From Octopus vulgaris (lineage: Eukaryota): a stretch of DNA of 64,000 nt. Made by a program: the position numbers and the translations under genes. The stretch's first letter is position 1. Every line of letters starts with the position of its first letter. Under the pieces are notes generated by a model. That model did no database searches. It saw only the letters and a list, made by a program, of their open reading frames with translations, and was not told the origin of the DNA. The stretch lies in NCBI GenBank assembly GCA_951406725.2, contig OX597827.1, forward strand, positions 36,518,001 through 36,582,000, in the 5' to 3' direction. This document shows positions 13,486 through 30,087 of the stretch, one piece after another.

Positions 13486-14099
13486 TATATATATATGTGT
13501 GAAGTATATATATATACACACATTTCCCTTTTGATATGATAATAATAATAATAATATTTTAAAGTTTAAAGCTTATAGGGCGATCAATGTGTATTGGTTA
13601 AAGAAAATAATCTAACATTGGGGCATATATGCCCTCATCAGGAAAAAGTTCATTTTCAGTGCGCGTAGGACTCGAACCTACACCTCTGTGTTAACCCACT
13701 TTTTATAAAAACCACACTACGAATTTATAGTTCTTTGACAGAAACGAGCTTTTTGATTATAAAATATTAGAAAAAATGTGAAATGAGTGGAAACATCGCA
13801 GAAAACGGACTAGCTTACGTCTAGATAAATATTTATATTTAAATTCTATGTAAACAGGAGATATTGGATATAGAAATCACGCTTTATTACCTAATACTAT
13901 GACTCATCTGCACCGTACAAACAGATAAACGACGAATTATTGTTATATCACATGAAATGTTTCCTTCTCAGCCTAGTACTTATTCTATCGGTCTCTTTTT
14001 ACCGAACCACTAAGATCACGGGGACGTAAACATACCAGCATCTGTTGTCAAGCGATGTTGAGGGACAAATACAGACGCACAAATACATACATACATACA

Positions 14100-14202
<103 letters not shown>

Positions 14203-14391
14203 CATTACATCCGCATTATTACACCCCAACACAAGCGAATGGAGACTACTTCATGTAGAAACGCAGTGTTTGCTAACTTAAACCATATTTCATACTTCGC
14301 AGAATACCTTAGCACATTGAAAAAGTAAAGCATCGCTTATATTGTTAATCACAACCATACACATACATACATACATACATACATACATACA

Positions 14392-14467
<76 letters not shown>

Positions 14468-14657
14468 TTTATAGAAGGAGTTCTACAGGACTAGAACTGT
14501 TTCATTCAAATGAAATCTTCAGGGCTTCCTGAAGATTTCATTTGAATGAAACAGTTCTAGTCCTGTAGAAGCTCCTTCTATAAAATAAATTAATTTACTC
14601 TGCTATGTATTGAGTACCTTATTTACTGTGGTTAACCCCGACTCAACCCGGGACCTA
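14468..14657 (+). mobile_element. H1 fold-back HHR element (within duplicated block)
   Basis: Nearly identical to 12711-12900. Confidence 0.85.
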
Positions 14658-14930
14658 TATATATATATATAGATATAGATATATACTCACACACTCACAC
14701 ACACACATACATATATGTGTGTATATGCATTTATTTAAATATACATAAATGTAAGTAATTCTTCTAGAATATTTTTAAAATACGTTTTCATTAGTGCAAG
14801 CATTTGATATAAAAGTTAATACGTTGATTAGAGTGGAATGGTATGATTATTAAAAAGACTTATTATAAGAATAAATGAATATATCAAGTGTATATGTGTA
14901 CTTCATATACGTAAACACATGTATATAAAT

Positions 14931-14963
<33 letters not shown>

Positions 14964-14974
14964 CATGTATATAT

Positions 14975-15043
<69 letters not shown>

Positions 15044-15191
15044 CATATACATATATATATATATACATATATGTAGGTCCCGGGTTGATTCGGGGTTAAC
15101 CACAGTAAATAAGGTACTCAATACATAGCTCCTGAAGATTTCTCTTGAATGAAACAGTTCTAGTCCTGTAGAAGCTCTTTCTATATAATAA

Positions 15192-15236
<45 letters not shown>

Positions 15237-15289
15237 TATATATATATGTGTGAAGTATATATATATACACACATTTCCCTTTTGATATG

Positions 15290-15359
<70 letters not shown>

Positions 15360-15645
15360 ATTTCGTTTTTGTATTTGGTTTGCAAAATTCTTTATGTGAA
15401 TTCGTGTGTTGAAGCATATTTCATTGTGTCTGGGAAGTGTCATTCTATTTTAATGCCATATTAATTAACACACTCACTGGTTCGATTTCCACTCATTTAC
15501 TTATTTATTTTTTCAAAAATTTTCGTTGCTTTTTGCATACAAGAATATTAGAAAAAAATAATAAATGAGTGGAAATCAAAGCGGTGAGTGTGTTAAATAA
15601 TAAGGCATTAAAACAGAATGACTCTTTCCAGACACAGTTATGAAT
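15360..15645. mobile_element. Fold-back repeat with ~95-bp imperfect arms next to (TA)n
   Basis: About 15420-15515 is the reverse complement of about 15550-15645. Confidence 0.7.
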
Positions 15646-15654
15646 ATATTCTTG

Positions 15655-16075
<421 letters not shown>

Positions 16076-16084
16076 ACTTTTCCC

Positions 16085-16221
16085 AACTACATGGTTCCGA
16101 GTTTAGTCCCACTGCATGGCACCTTGAGCAAGTGTCTTCTACTATAGCCTCGAGCCGACCAAAGCCTTGTGAGTGGATTTTGTAGGCGGAAACTGAAAGA
16201 AGCATGTCGTTCATATATATG

Positions 16222-16256
<35 letters not shown>

Positions 16257-16447
16257 TATATAGAAGGAGCTTCTACAGGACTAGAACTGTTTCATTCAAG
16301 AGAAATCTTCAGGAAGCTCCTGAAGATTTCTCTTGAATGAAACAGTTCTAGTCCTGTAGAAGCTCCTTCTATATAATAAATTAATTTTACTCTGCTATGT
16401 ATTGAGTACCTTATTTACTGTGGTTAACCCCGAATCAACCCGGGACC

Positions 16448-16502
<55 letters not shown>

Positions 16503-16620
16503 TTGTGTGTTTCTGTGTATGTATTTGTTCCTCCACCATCACTTAGCAGCCGAGGGGACGTTTACGTAACATAACGGTTCGGCCAAAGAGACCGATAGAA
16601 TAAGTACTAGGCGTACAAAG
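16085..16620 (+). mobile_element. Composite B-C SINE interrupted by an H1 element
   Basis: CORE-like GGCACCTTGAGCAAGTGTCTT head, TA tract, H1 insert, TG tract, domain C. Confidence 0.8.
16253..16450 (+). mobile_element. H1 fold-back HHR element
   Basis: Perfect arms; helix II loop TCTT variant in both arms. Confidence 0.85.
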
Positions 16621-16666
16621 AAAAACAAACAACAAACACAAAAAAAAAAAAATAATATATATATAT

Positions 16667-16730
<64 letters not shown>

Positions 16731-17053
16731 GTATATGTATATATACATGTATGTTTATATATATATATATATGTATGTATGTATGCATGTATGTATGAAT
16801 GTATATATATATATATATATGTGTGTGTGTATATATATATATATATAAGAAGAAAAGAAGAAAGTGCAAGAAGCTTCCTCCCCAACCACATCGTACCGGG
16901 TTCTGTGCTTTCCACGCATTTTCGATCGAATCTACTCCGAGTTAACAAGGTATCCCCTGATGACAATATAAGTAATTACTACTTCCAAGATTCTGCTAGC
17001 TATGGAGCATATGTAACCTGGAATTTATCTACTCGTTTCCCTAATTTGGGATT

Positions 17054-17159
<106 letters not shown>

Positions 17160-17164
17160 TATAT

Positions 17165-17577
17165 AAATAAGGATAAGATTATAAAAACCGATCTTACCAG
17201 GTGGCCAGCATGGGAATGAAAACCTTCAAAGGTAATAAATTATTTAAAATTATTATTTAGGGTATCTAAGAGATACCACCACGCTGGAAATAGCAGTCAA
17301 AATTTGACTAACCACAAAAAACACACAAAAGAGAGAGAGAGAAGACAAAAAGGCAAAATAAAATAGCAAAAAAAAAAAAAAAAATTACTATCTGAGTATA
17401 TTACACTAATGAAGGCAAAGCATTTCTTATGCAGAGCCAGAAATTCGGGACTGGAATTATCCAGTAATTTTGTCCCTTTGTCTTATCTCCTGGTGCTGTA
17501 TGAACATTTAATGTGGCTTTAGAGTGAAGTTTTGACTGCTATTTCCAGCGTGCTGGTATCTCTTAGATACCCTATAT

Positions 17578-17580
<3 letters not shown>
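17165..17580 (+). mobile_element. Inverted-repeat element with degenerate HHR
   Basis: Arms about 17258-17305 and 17530-17575; internal ATTAC-a-CTAATGA-aGGC...GCCa-GAAATTC...GAATT...GTAAT. Confidence 0.6.
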
Positions 17581-17632
<52 letters not shown>

Positions 17633-17682
17633 CATATTGATGTATATATATATATTGATATATATGCTTATATTGATATATG

Positions 17683-17757
<75 letters not shown>

Positions 17758-18137
17758 ATATCTCTAAGCTTAAAAATATACCCTCAAGGCTTTTAATCAA
17801 CTTTGAAGGGTTTTTATCGACCTCAACTACTTATATTTTTTAAAGCCTGATATTTATACTACTTGTTGCTTTTGCCGAACTTTTACCGGTCGTCAAGCAT
17901 TGGTTATGGACAAATACATACACAGAGACACACACACACAAATATACATATACATACATACATGCACACACACACATACACACACATATTTTCAGTTTCT
18001 GTCAAACAAATCCTCTCAGAAGGCTCAGGGCTATAGTAGAAAACACTTACTGAAGGTGCCACCCAAGCTTCTCACCACAAAGACATATTTGTGCCTATAC
18101 ATACATACATACATACATACATACATACATACATACA

Positions 18138-18217
<80 letters not shown>

Positions 18218-18247
18218 CATATATATGTACATATATACATATATATC

Positions 18248-18332
<85 letters not shown>

Positions 18333-18924
18333 ATATATATGTACATATATACATATATATATCTATGTGTATATATATATATATATGTATGCATCAAACA
18401 AAAGTATAAATGTTATACTTTATATAATATTATATCAATTCAATTTGTGTACGACCCTTGTAGTTAGAATCAGTGTCAGGTGTGTAATATAGTTTCATTT
18501 AGTAGACCCTTTGAATTTATTCATCAAGAATCTACACTTATCCTTGTTGCTGAAATAATAATGATGCCATGTATTATTTGATATTTCTAATATATTATAT
18601 GATATTTTGGTAATAACCCGTGGTACAGTGGATATGAAACAATTACAGTATTATGCAATGAAGGAAATAGATGAATGTTGCCGATATACGTGTGCTCACA
18701 CACACACACGTCGGCAACTTTCGTCTATTTCTTGAAAATGGGGTTATATTTAATACAAGGTAAGTCTACATTAATTCATACATTTATTTTCTTGTGATTT
18801 ACCTTGTATTTACTTCGCATTGCTTTGCTCTTACTCACGAACCTTTATACAATATATTTTACAAAATGTTTCATAGTAATTATTCCATTATAATATATAT
18901 ATATATAACAGTTGTAAAATATAG

Positions 18925-19375
18925 TTTCAGATTTTGGCACAAGGCCAGTAAGTTCGAGGACGGGGTCAAGTTGATCACATTGACTCCATTGCTCAACTGG
19001 TACTTAGTTTATTGACCCCAAAAGGATAAAAGTCAAAGTTGATCTCGGCGGAACTTGAACTCAGGACCTGAATGTTGACGAAATGCCGCTGAGCATTTTG
19101 CCGGCATGCTAAAGATTCTGCCAGCTCGCCGACTTTAAAACTTGTAAAATATATTGATTTCAAATTTTTGGTACAAGGCCAGCAATTTCGAGGGAGGCAG
19201 TAAGTCGATTACACCAATCTCAATACTCAACTAGTACTTATTTTATCGACTCTAAAAGGATGAAAGGTAAATTCGACTTTGTCGGAATTTGAAATCAGAA
19301 TGTGAAAACGGACAAACAGGTTCTATGCATTTTCCCCGGCATACTAACAATTCTATCAGCTTGCCCGCCGCCTTA
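18925..19375 (-). mobile_element. Two diverged family A (Nin-like) SINEs
   Basis: Reverse-complement Nin-like domain and tRNA-like head, twice. Confidence 0.75.
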
Positions 19376-20359
19376 CACTAAAATATATAAAAATCTATTT
19401 CAAATTGTCTGACTCGGAACTTAATGCATAGGATATAATGGGACACAGCTTTTAATTCCATAATAAATACAAGATTATGTATATATATATCAAATATATA
19501 ATTGGTACACACACATGTATATATATCATATATATAAATGGTATACACATACACATATTTATTAAATCAAATTAATTTAAATTTAATAAATTAATATATA
19601 ATAAATTAATTTAAAAAAATGATAAGTGTCCTTTGATTACGTAGACAACTTCATTAGCTTACAACTTTTTTTCTTGATGGTGTGCAGCCAGAGCTGAGTG
19701 CATATACAACACATCGCTTCCCCTGATTTTCTAAAATAAAGATTATACTGAAGAGTATTCTACATAAAAAAAAGTCCCCATCGAAAGTACAAAATAACAT
19801 AAGAAGGGGGTCGTGCAAAAGAAAAAAAACAAAAACAAAACATAGAATCGGTTTTGAGTTGGGAACGGGTTTAAAAATACATAAATATTACCAAATATAT
19901 TTTTTGTTGTCACCGAAAAGACGACTCCCAATTTTTTAAGTGCGTGATGCAAAAAGACAAAAAAAAAAAAATAAAGAGCACTCAAAAAACAAAAACGGTT
20001 CTGAAGGGGAGAAATGGGGAATTCAAAATTTTTTTCATAAAAAGCTTCCCCTTATCATTTGCAAGGGTATGGGACAAAAAAAAAAAAAATAAATAAATAA
20101 AATAAAATGAAAAATCCAAATCAAAACGGACGGAGAAAATCCAACTTACGAGGGTGGGTTATTCCGAAAGTCCGCTATTGTGGTAACTACCCGACAACAA
20201 TGGGATACTCAGTATGCATATATATAATATATATATATTGTCAATATATGTATGTATGCATGTATGTATGTATGTATGTATGTACACACATACTTATGTA
20301 TATATGCACACATACATATATGCACACGCATATATATATATATATACATATTATTTTAA

Positions 20360-20772
20360 ACTTCTTTAATGCCCACAAGGAGCTAAACAGAGGGGCCATA
20401 ACTAAGACAGACAAATGGATTAAGTCGATTATATCGACCCCAGTGCGTAACTGGTACTTATTTAATGGAACCCGAAAGGATGAAAGGCAAAGTCGACCTC
20501 GGCGGAATTTGAACTCATAACGTAGCGGCAGACGAAATACCTATTTCTTTACTACCCTCAAGGGGATAAACACAGAAGGGACAAACAAGGACAGACAAAC
20601 GGATTAAGTCGATTACATCGACCCCAGTGCGTAACTGGTACTTAATTTATCGACCCAGAAAGAATGAAAGGCAAAGTCGACCTCGGCGGAATTTGAACTC
20701 AGAACGTAACGGCAGACGAATTACGGTTACGCATTTCGCCCGGCGTGCTAACGTTCCTGCCAGCTCGCCGCC
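20360..20772 (-). mobile_element. Family A SINE dimer
   Basis: Two ~185-bp units with the GAAATAGGTATTTC junction. Confidence 0.85.
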
Positions 20773-20870
20773 ATTATGCATTCAATAATATACATATTAT
20801 TTTAATAATAAACATATCGGAGTGTACACACATGCATATATATATATATACATACACACACACACATACA

Positions 20871-20925
<55 letters not shown>

Positions 20926-21554
20926 TTATAAAAATATACATATATATATATATATATATACATATAAAAATATATTTGTATGTAAGTAATTATATATATA
21001 TATATATACATGTAATATTTTGGACTAACGAGTATATGTCAATTAGTGTGTTGATGTGTCGAGTAAAGTACTGGCACAGTTAGGGCTACCACATGTCATC
21101 TGCAGTTGGGATATATTTCCTTTGGATCTACTTCAGGTATTCCGCTGTGTTAGTTGAGCGTAGTATTTTTTTTTATTAAAAAAACGTAATAGAATGATTA
21201 ACTAAAGAGATAAAAAATATGTTTATATATCATCTTATGTTCATGTATAATACTTTGAATGCTACCATGTAGATTAACAAAAACGTTACTGCGTGAATAA
21301 CTAGCGAGGTAGAAAAAATGCATTGATTTAGAGATGTACACACTGAGGTTGAGTGGTGTGTGCGTGTTTGATGGCGTGTATGTGTGTACATGTACGTGTG
21401 TGTATATGAACACACGAACCGCTACGCGAAGACTTGTGTAGGTTTGCATTTACAGGTGTATGAGTGCAGAGGTATAGATAGGTAAGCCAGATGCTGTATA
21501 AATATATGGGTATGCATGTGAACGTTTAAGTGCACGGTCAAGTGCGCGCACGTG

Positions 21555-22470
<916 letters not shown>

Positions 22471-22484
22471 AATGAATATATCTA

Positions 22485-22770
22485 TATTGCAGAAATGACT
22501 CCTTCCAATCTTCTCCAGTGGTGAAAAGATTGAAGAAGACTCTTTATTTATGGAAGATGGCTAAAATGACTCGAGGTTTGTTGGGTGAGAATGGCATTAA
22601 AAAAGCGTCCACGTTCAAGCTAATCATCAGATATGAATCCAATTGAACACTTCTGTGACATAGTGGACAGGGCACTTCATAAAAAGAACAAGAAAGCATC
22701 TTCAAAACCAGATCTTTTGAGATTACTACATGAAACTTGGCAAGAATATTCGTCCACATCATAACAGTTA
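22485..22770 (+). pseudogene. Tc1-like transposase C-terminal remnant
   Basis: SSDMNPIEHFCDIVDRALHKK...SKPDLLRLLHETWQE resembles SPDLNPIEHLW. Confidence 0.8.
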
Positions 22771-23121
22771 ATAAATAATTTGAATGTATAATTTCAGATT
22801 TAAATAAATTTTAATGGTTATTTACTTCCGTCCTGTCTGTGTATATACATATATGTACACACACACACACTGACACACAAACAAACAAACACACACACAC
22901 ACACACACAGAGGGCCGGCCTTAGGATGTGCGGGCCCAGTTGGTGGGTCCCAGGTTCCCACTCAACTTGTACCAAGGTGTGTATATATATGTATATATAT
23001 GTGTGTATTTATATACATGTGTGTGTGTATGTATGTATAAATATTTGCCGAAGGTGCCACGCACTGGGATTGAACCCAGAACCATGTAGTTATGAAGCAA
23101 ACTTCTTACCACACAGCAACG

Positions 23122-23465
<344 letters not shown>

Positions 23466-23540
23466 ACACACACACACACGTATACTCATGCATACACACA
23501 TACATACATACATACATACATGCATACATACATACATACA

Positions 23541-23572
<32 letters not shown>

Positions 23573-23582
23573 CATGCATATA

Positions 23583-23627
<45 letters not shown>

Positions 23628-23918
23628 CTACAAGTTCATTTTGTTATATATATAAATATATATATATATGGCGCCGCGTTGGCTCACGTAAAAGCATCCA
23701 GTCCACGCTGTAAAGTGGTGGCGTTAGAAAGGGCATCCACCCACAAAAACTATGCCAAACCAGACGGGTGCCAGATTCTTTTGCACATATACATCCATTT
23801 AACCTTTTGTTTTATCATTTTTTTATTGTTTCATTTCTTTAATATATACATACAAACATACATACATACATGCATACATACATACATACATACATACATA
23901 CATACATACATACATACA

Positions 23919-23952
<34 letters not shown>

Positions 23953-24191
23953 GATAAAATGCATACATATATACAAAATACACTTTATTGAAATGATAAA
24001 TTAAACATATACAAACATGTGTGGTATGTAGATAATTTACAAGCCGCATGGTTTCGGGTTCAGCCACACTGCGTGGCTCCTTGGCTAAATGTCTTCTACT
24101 ATAGCCTCGGGTCTTGTGAGTGGATTTGGTTGACAGAAACTGAAAGAAGCCTGTCTTATGGATGTGTATATATATATATATATATATATAC

Positions 24192-24260
<69 letters not shown>

Positions 24261-24386
24261 GGGAGTCAGACAGACAGACAGATATATATATATATATATA
24301 CACATATATATATGTGTGTGTATATGTTTGTGTGTCTGTGTTTGTCCCTCACATCATCGTATATACGTATATATACGTATATATAC

Positions 24387-24422
<36 letters not shown>

Positions 24423-24425
<3 letters not shown>

Positions 24426-24615
24426 GGTCCCGGGTTGAGTCGGGGTTAACCACAGTAAATAAGGTACTCAATACATAGCAGAGTAAATTAATTTAATTTA
24501 TAGAAGGAGCTTCTACAGGACTAGAACTGTTTCATTCAAAAGAAATCATCAGGAAGCTTCCTGATGATTTCTTTTGAATGAAACAGTTCTAGTCCTGTAG
24601 AAGCTCCTTCTATAA

Positions 24616-24622
<7 letters not shown>
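24423..24622 (-). mobile_element. H1 fold-back HHR element
   Basis: Perfect arms centred on GGAAGCTTCC; CTGATGA and loop TTTT variant in both arms. Confidence 0.85.
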
Positions 24623-24684
<62 letters not shown>

Positions 24685-24696
24685 CGTATATATACG

Positions 24697-24816
<120 letters not shown>

Positions 24817-25076
24817 CGAATCGTGGAGTAGAAGAAACAGGGACAACTGAAGAAGGGGAATATTCCTTGTGTTGTATGCCTTGTACCCATATATGCATGT
24901 ATATATACATATAGATGTAGGTATGTACGTATATGTATGTATATATGCATATATTTATATATATTATTTATATTATATACATACATTATATATATATACG
25001 TATGTATGTATATATACATATAATGTATATATACGTATATATACGTATATATATATATATGTATATATACATATAC

Positions 25077-25111
<35 letters not shown>

Positions 25112-25119
25112 GCCACCTC

Positions 25120-25218
25120 AGCATAATTGTCACATATTACATTTACAGATAAATTCCTCTATTTACATAATATCGAGGTCTCTTTCTTTCTTTTGTTGTC
25201 TTACCTTTTTTATCAATA
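25120..25218 (+). mobile_element. Solo 3' tail of the Penelope family at 3895-5825
   Basis: Matches 5732-5825; embedded in (TA)n. Confidence 0.8.
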
Positions 25219-25476
25219 TATATATATATATATATACAACATTTTGTTGAAATAATATATATGTAAAATACACTTTATTGAAATAAAAGTTTTCCCCAAA
25301 TTAAACATATACAAACATACAGGCGCAGGAGTGGCTGTGTGGTAAGTAGCTGCCTTACCAACAACATGGTTCCAGGTTAGGTCCCACTGCGTGGAACATT
25401 TGGCAAGTATCTCTACTATAGTCTCGGGACGACCAAATCATTGTGAGTGGATTTGGTAGACGGAATCTGAGAGAGA

Positions 25477-26166
25477 TATATAATGATAAATGGCAAGTTT
25501 GTGAATTTGTTACTTTAACTCCTCCGAGTCTACCCAACAGACCTTGATGAAACTTGACAGGTGTGCGTGTGTGTGTGTGTGTGTGTGTGGCGGCTTATGC
25601 ACATGCGGTCACTCACGACTTGTAATGGAATTTTTAAAAAATCGATCTTTAATCAGCATAGATTTTTCAAAAACAGTAAAATTTCGGCATTTTTCGCACT
25701 AGCCATCGTGACGTCAATTTGACGAAAAATGCTGAAATTCGAGAAAAAGTGTTTCATGGGTATAAACAGACAGCTTATTAACGGTAATCTATTTAGCATT
25801 TCCTAATTTTTCATTTCATTGCGATTTGCTGAAACTTATTTCAATTCGTTGTTTTAATTCCACAGCGTTTCAGGTTTTGATTAGGTAGAGCAATTTATTT
25901 TTCAAGCAAAATTTGGGCATGTTGCCCACCAGCCGTCGTGACATCAATTTCACGAAAGTATAAAATTTCGCCATTTTACACGCATGCACAAAAATGACGA
26001 CGACGCCGGTTCGCTACCAGACTCTGCTCATTTTTTCGTCAAATTGGTCCTAGCCATTAACATAGATCTTAAATTTTTGAAAAATGTCGAAATTTGACGA
26101 AAAATGTTTCATGGCTATAGACAAACATCTTATTAACAGTAATTTATTACCAGGCACCTCAGCTAG
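25477..26166 (+). mobile_element. Non-autonomous Helitron-like element
   Basis: 3' end ...CAGGCACCTCAG-CTAG followed by T; internal (TG)n and repeated subunits. Confidence 0.5.
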
Positions 26167-26263
<97 letters not shown>

Positions 26264-26458
26264 TGTGTGTGTGTATGTGTGCGTATGTGTCTGTGTTTGT
26301 CCCCCACAACAAATCCACTAACAAGGCTTTGGTCGTCCCGAGGCTATAGTAGCAGACACCTGCCTAAGGTACCACGTAGTGGGACTGAACCCTGTACCAT
26401 GTAGTTGGTAAGCAAGCTACTTACCACACAGCCACTCCTGCGCCTATATATATCTATC

Positions 26459-26490
<32 letters not shown>

Positions 26491-26504
26491 TGTATGTATG
26501 TATG

Positions 26505-26595
<91 letters not shown>

Positions 26596-27104
26596 ATATA
26601 TATATGTGTATATATATATGTGTATATATATAAACATATATGATGCACTTTATTGAAAAAATAGTTTCCCCAGAATTAAACATGTATATAGCAACTGACA
26701 CGCAGAAACATACGCACACATATATACATACAATTCACCCACATACATACTCTCACAGAAATACAGATATTTTACTCAAAATCCCCATAAGCACTCCCAA
26801 ACATTCACATACAAACTCATATATTTGACTCTTACACAGAAAATACAATAAATTTCTTCAAATTAGCGGCTGACCCAAGCAGTTTTGGACGAATGGGTTT
26901 ATCTTTTAATATATTTTGTCGTTAAAGTGTAGAAAGTATTTTTCTCTTTTTTCTTTTTTTATTGGAAGACCATGTAGATTTTTTTTTAAAGACTTCACGG
27001 AGACTACTTTTATGAAATGTCGCAGTATGAAATGTAGCCCTCTTGGGCGCGTGGCCCGATTGGGAGCAATTAGTCCAATCGGCTTAAGGCCCAAGAGGGC
27101 CGCC

Positions 27105-27290
27105 ACGATAGATCGTTAGCCACTACACACATTTTTTTCTCTCCTTGTTTTTTCTGTGTCCCTTTCTGTAGAAGAGCGTAGGATCGAAACGCAAAAGACT
27201 TTTTCTATTCCTGAGCGTTATACTAATACATCTGTTTGTTTTGTACACCACCTGTCTTCATCTTTTGTTTTTTTCGTAAACTCTCCCTAT
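27105..27290 (+). mobile_element. ~190-bp element with variant minimal HHR (family H2)
   Basis: CTTT-CTGTAGA-agagcgtaggatc-GAAAC-GCA-AAAG; second copy 48508-48700 (-) and relative 52230-52400. Confidence 0.7.
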
Positions 27291-27292
27291 AA

Positions 27293-27353
<61 letters not shown>

Positions 27354-27529
27354 TGTACATACATATATACGCGTATAGGGACTGCCATCATGCTGGAGCA
27401 TCGCCTTCCTTTGTTTCCGCTTATTCATTCATTAGTATTTTCTTTTCAGTTTTGTGAATGTTTTATGGATGGAAGTTTGTCTATAATTGAGTTAGTAGCA
27501 GCTGATTTTCCTTGAGTGTAACTATATAT

Positions 27530-28270
27530 AGTTGACTAGTTCGAAATTTTTTGTTGTTGGATGTTCATCCAATGTTTTCTTGAATGTTTCGATAGAGGTC
27601 CCTTTTATGCTTATGATTTTCTTTAGGTAGGTAGCTGAACACGTGAGGCCTCCAAATATCTGATTATTGTAGATTCTTAGGATCCGTCCGATGAGATGTC
27701 TGCATTTTGCGGTTAAGTTGGTGGTTCGTCCGATGTAAGATACACTATGTGACATTATTTGACATGATGACTCCTAAGTCCTGTATGAATCAAATAATTT
27801 GTATTGTACGATTGCGCGTGTCAATGAGAACCTGAATTTACAATGCGTTGAATTTCACATTATTTTCATCAACCCATCGACAGATGAGATTTAGCTCATT
27901 CTGGAGTGAGACAACATCTTCTGCAGTCTTGATAGCCATCGATACTTTTCTGTCGTCATCTTAATTCGTTAGATTGGTTGAATGTATCTGTGATAGGGTG
28001 ATGATAAATAACAGTGGTCCTAGAACCGTACCTACAGGCTCACCACTTACTTTAGTTGACTTGGTAGAGAAGAGACTGTTTGCAGTAACAGACTGATTCC
28101 GAGCCTGTGATATGTTACTTTGAGTTTTCGGGTGATACTAAGAACCCTTAACCTATGACATATAACGCCACGATCAATCATGTAAAAGGCGTTAGCAAAA
28201 TTAAGGTATATGCAGTCAACTGCTCATTTCCTGCAAGAGATTATTAAGGATAGTATTACCGAGTTATAGT
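27530..28270 (-). pseudogene. CR1/jockey-like LINE reverse transcriptase remnant
   Basis: VDCIYLNFANAF, SGEPVGTVLGPLLFII, DDRKV, LQNELN..CRWVDENNVKFN in decayed frames. Confidence 0.8.
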
Positions 28271-28299
28271 AGTTGTATATATATATATATATATATACA

Positions 28300-28735
28300 C
28301 TTTATTAATAAAGCTGCAAAGACATCAGAAAAACTGTTACTTAGTGTTTCACGTTCCCGTTCGTCGGACGGTTGTGGTTGAGAATGGAACAAGATATTGT
28401 TATAAGCATAAATATACAATTACGTTGATAGATACACATTTGAAAATGGTTTTGTTTTATTGCTCCTTTTAGCTAACGGTCTTTTCAATAACGGGTTATA
28501 TGGAATTGCAATTACGATTTAAAATCATTATTATAAAAATCGAAGAAAACTTTAAATCATAAATTAGCTTTAGTAAGAAGTAAAAAAAACCCTCTCCAAC
28601 GAACGGAAACGTGAAACTCTGAGTAACAGTTTTTGTGATGTCTTTGCAGCTTTATTAATAAAGCATATTACTCTACCTCTGGTATTCGAGGTATTGTTTT
28701 TTCCACCTTGTTTCACATTTATGTGCTTACTCAGG
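28300..28735 (+). mobile_element. Inverted-repeat element with a minimal HHR in both arms
   Basis: Arms about 28300-28367 and 28596-28662; CC(G/A)ACGA-ACG-g(g/a)aa-CGT-GAAAC-TCTGA-GTA-ACAGT; TA flanks. Confidence 0.75.
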
Positions 28736-28806
28736 TATATATATATATATATATATATATGCATATATGCGTATGTATGTGTGTGTGTATGTGTACGTAT
28801 ATTTAT

Positions 28807-28853
<47 letters not shown>

Positions 28854-28911
28854 CTGTATCTATATCTATCTATATATACATATATATATGTACGTATGTA
28901 CCTATCTATCC

Positions 28912-28961
<50 letters not shown>

Positions 28962-28972
28962 ATTTATATATA

Positions 28973-29008
<36 letters not shown>

Positions 29009-29060
29009 TGTATGTATGTATGTATGTGTGTATGTATGTATGTAAATAAGTATGTATGTA

Positions 29061-29480
29061 CAGTAATACCTTGACAAACGAGTTAATTTGTTTCCGGAGA
29101 CCGTTCGTAAAGCGAAAACTCGTAAAGCAGAGAAATAATTTCTCATAGTAGCAATGTTATAAATCATAATTCGTTCTCAGAAAAATATTTTACTGATAAA
29201 ATTTATAATACTCGTAAATAAATGGCAATAAAACAACACCAGAATGTAAAGTATATTTTTTGTAAATTAAAAGGAATGTCAAGATCACTTACAATAAAAA
29301 ATACTATTATTATAATCGTTTTCTGAATCACTATCCTTTTAAAAAGCAAGTTATCTTTAAAAAACAAGTCTAAAGTTGTTTGCTTAGAAGAAGCTTTCTT
29401 TCGCCCTGTATTTATTATGGTAGTAGAAACTTTTGCACTTCGTTCAAAATTTGGATCATTAACAGGTCCTCGTAAAGTGA
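29061..29480 (-). mobile_element. pogo/Tigger-like transposon 3' remnant
   Basis: TA|CAGTAATACCTTGAC..ACGAG TIR; minus-strand KKASSKQTTLDLFF, typical of pogo C-termini. Confidence 0.65.
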
Positions 29481-29481
29481 A

Positions 29482-30087
29482 GTATGTATGTATGTATGTA
29501 TGTATGTATGTATGTATGTATGTATGTATGTATGTATGTATGTATGTGTGGGTGTATGTATGCATGCATGTATGTATGCATGCATGCATGTATGTACGTA
29601 TGCATGTATTTAGGTATGCATGTATGCATGCATGTATGTATGTATGTATGCATGTATGTATGTATGTATGTGTGTGTGTATGTATGCATGCATGCATGTA
29701 TGTATGTATGCATGCATGCATGTATGTATGTATGTATGTATGTATGTATGTATGTATGTATGTATGTATGCATGCATGTATGTATGCATGTATGTATGTA
29801 TGCATGCATGCATGTATGTATGTATGCATCTATGTATGTATGCATGTATGTATGTATGTGTGCATGCATGCATGTATGTATGAATGTATGTATGCATGCC
29901 TGTATGTATGCATGTATGTATGTATGTATGCATGCATGTATGTATGTACGTATGTATGCATGCATGCATGCATGTATGTATGTATGTATGTATATATGTA
30001 TGTATGTATGTATGCATGTATGTGTGTATGTATGCATGCATACATGCATGTATGTATGTATGTATGTATGTATGGATGGATGGATGC
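29482..30087. repeat. ~600-bp compound (TATG)n/(CATG)n tetranucleotide array
   Basis: Direct inspection. Confidence 0.95.
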
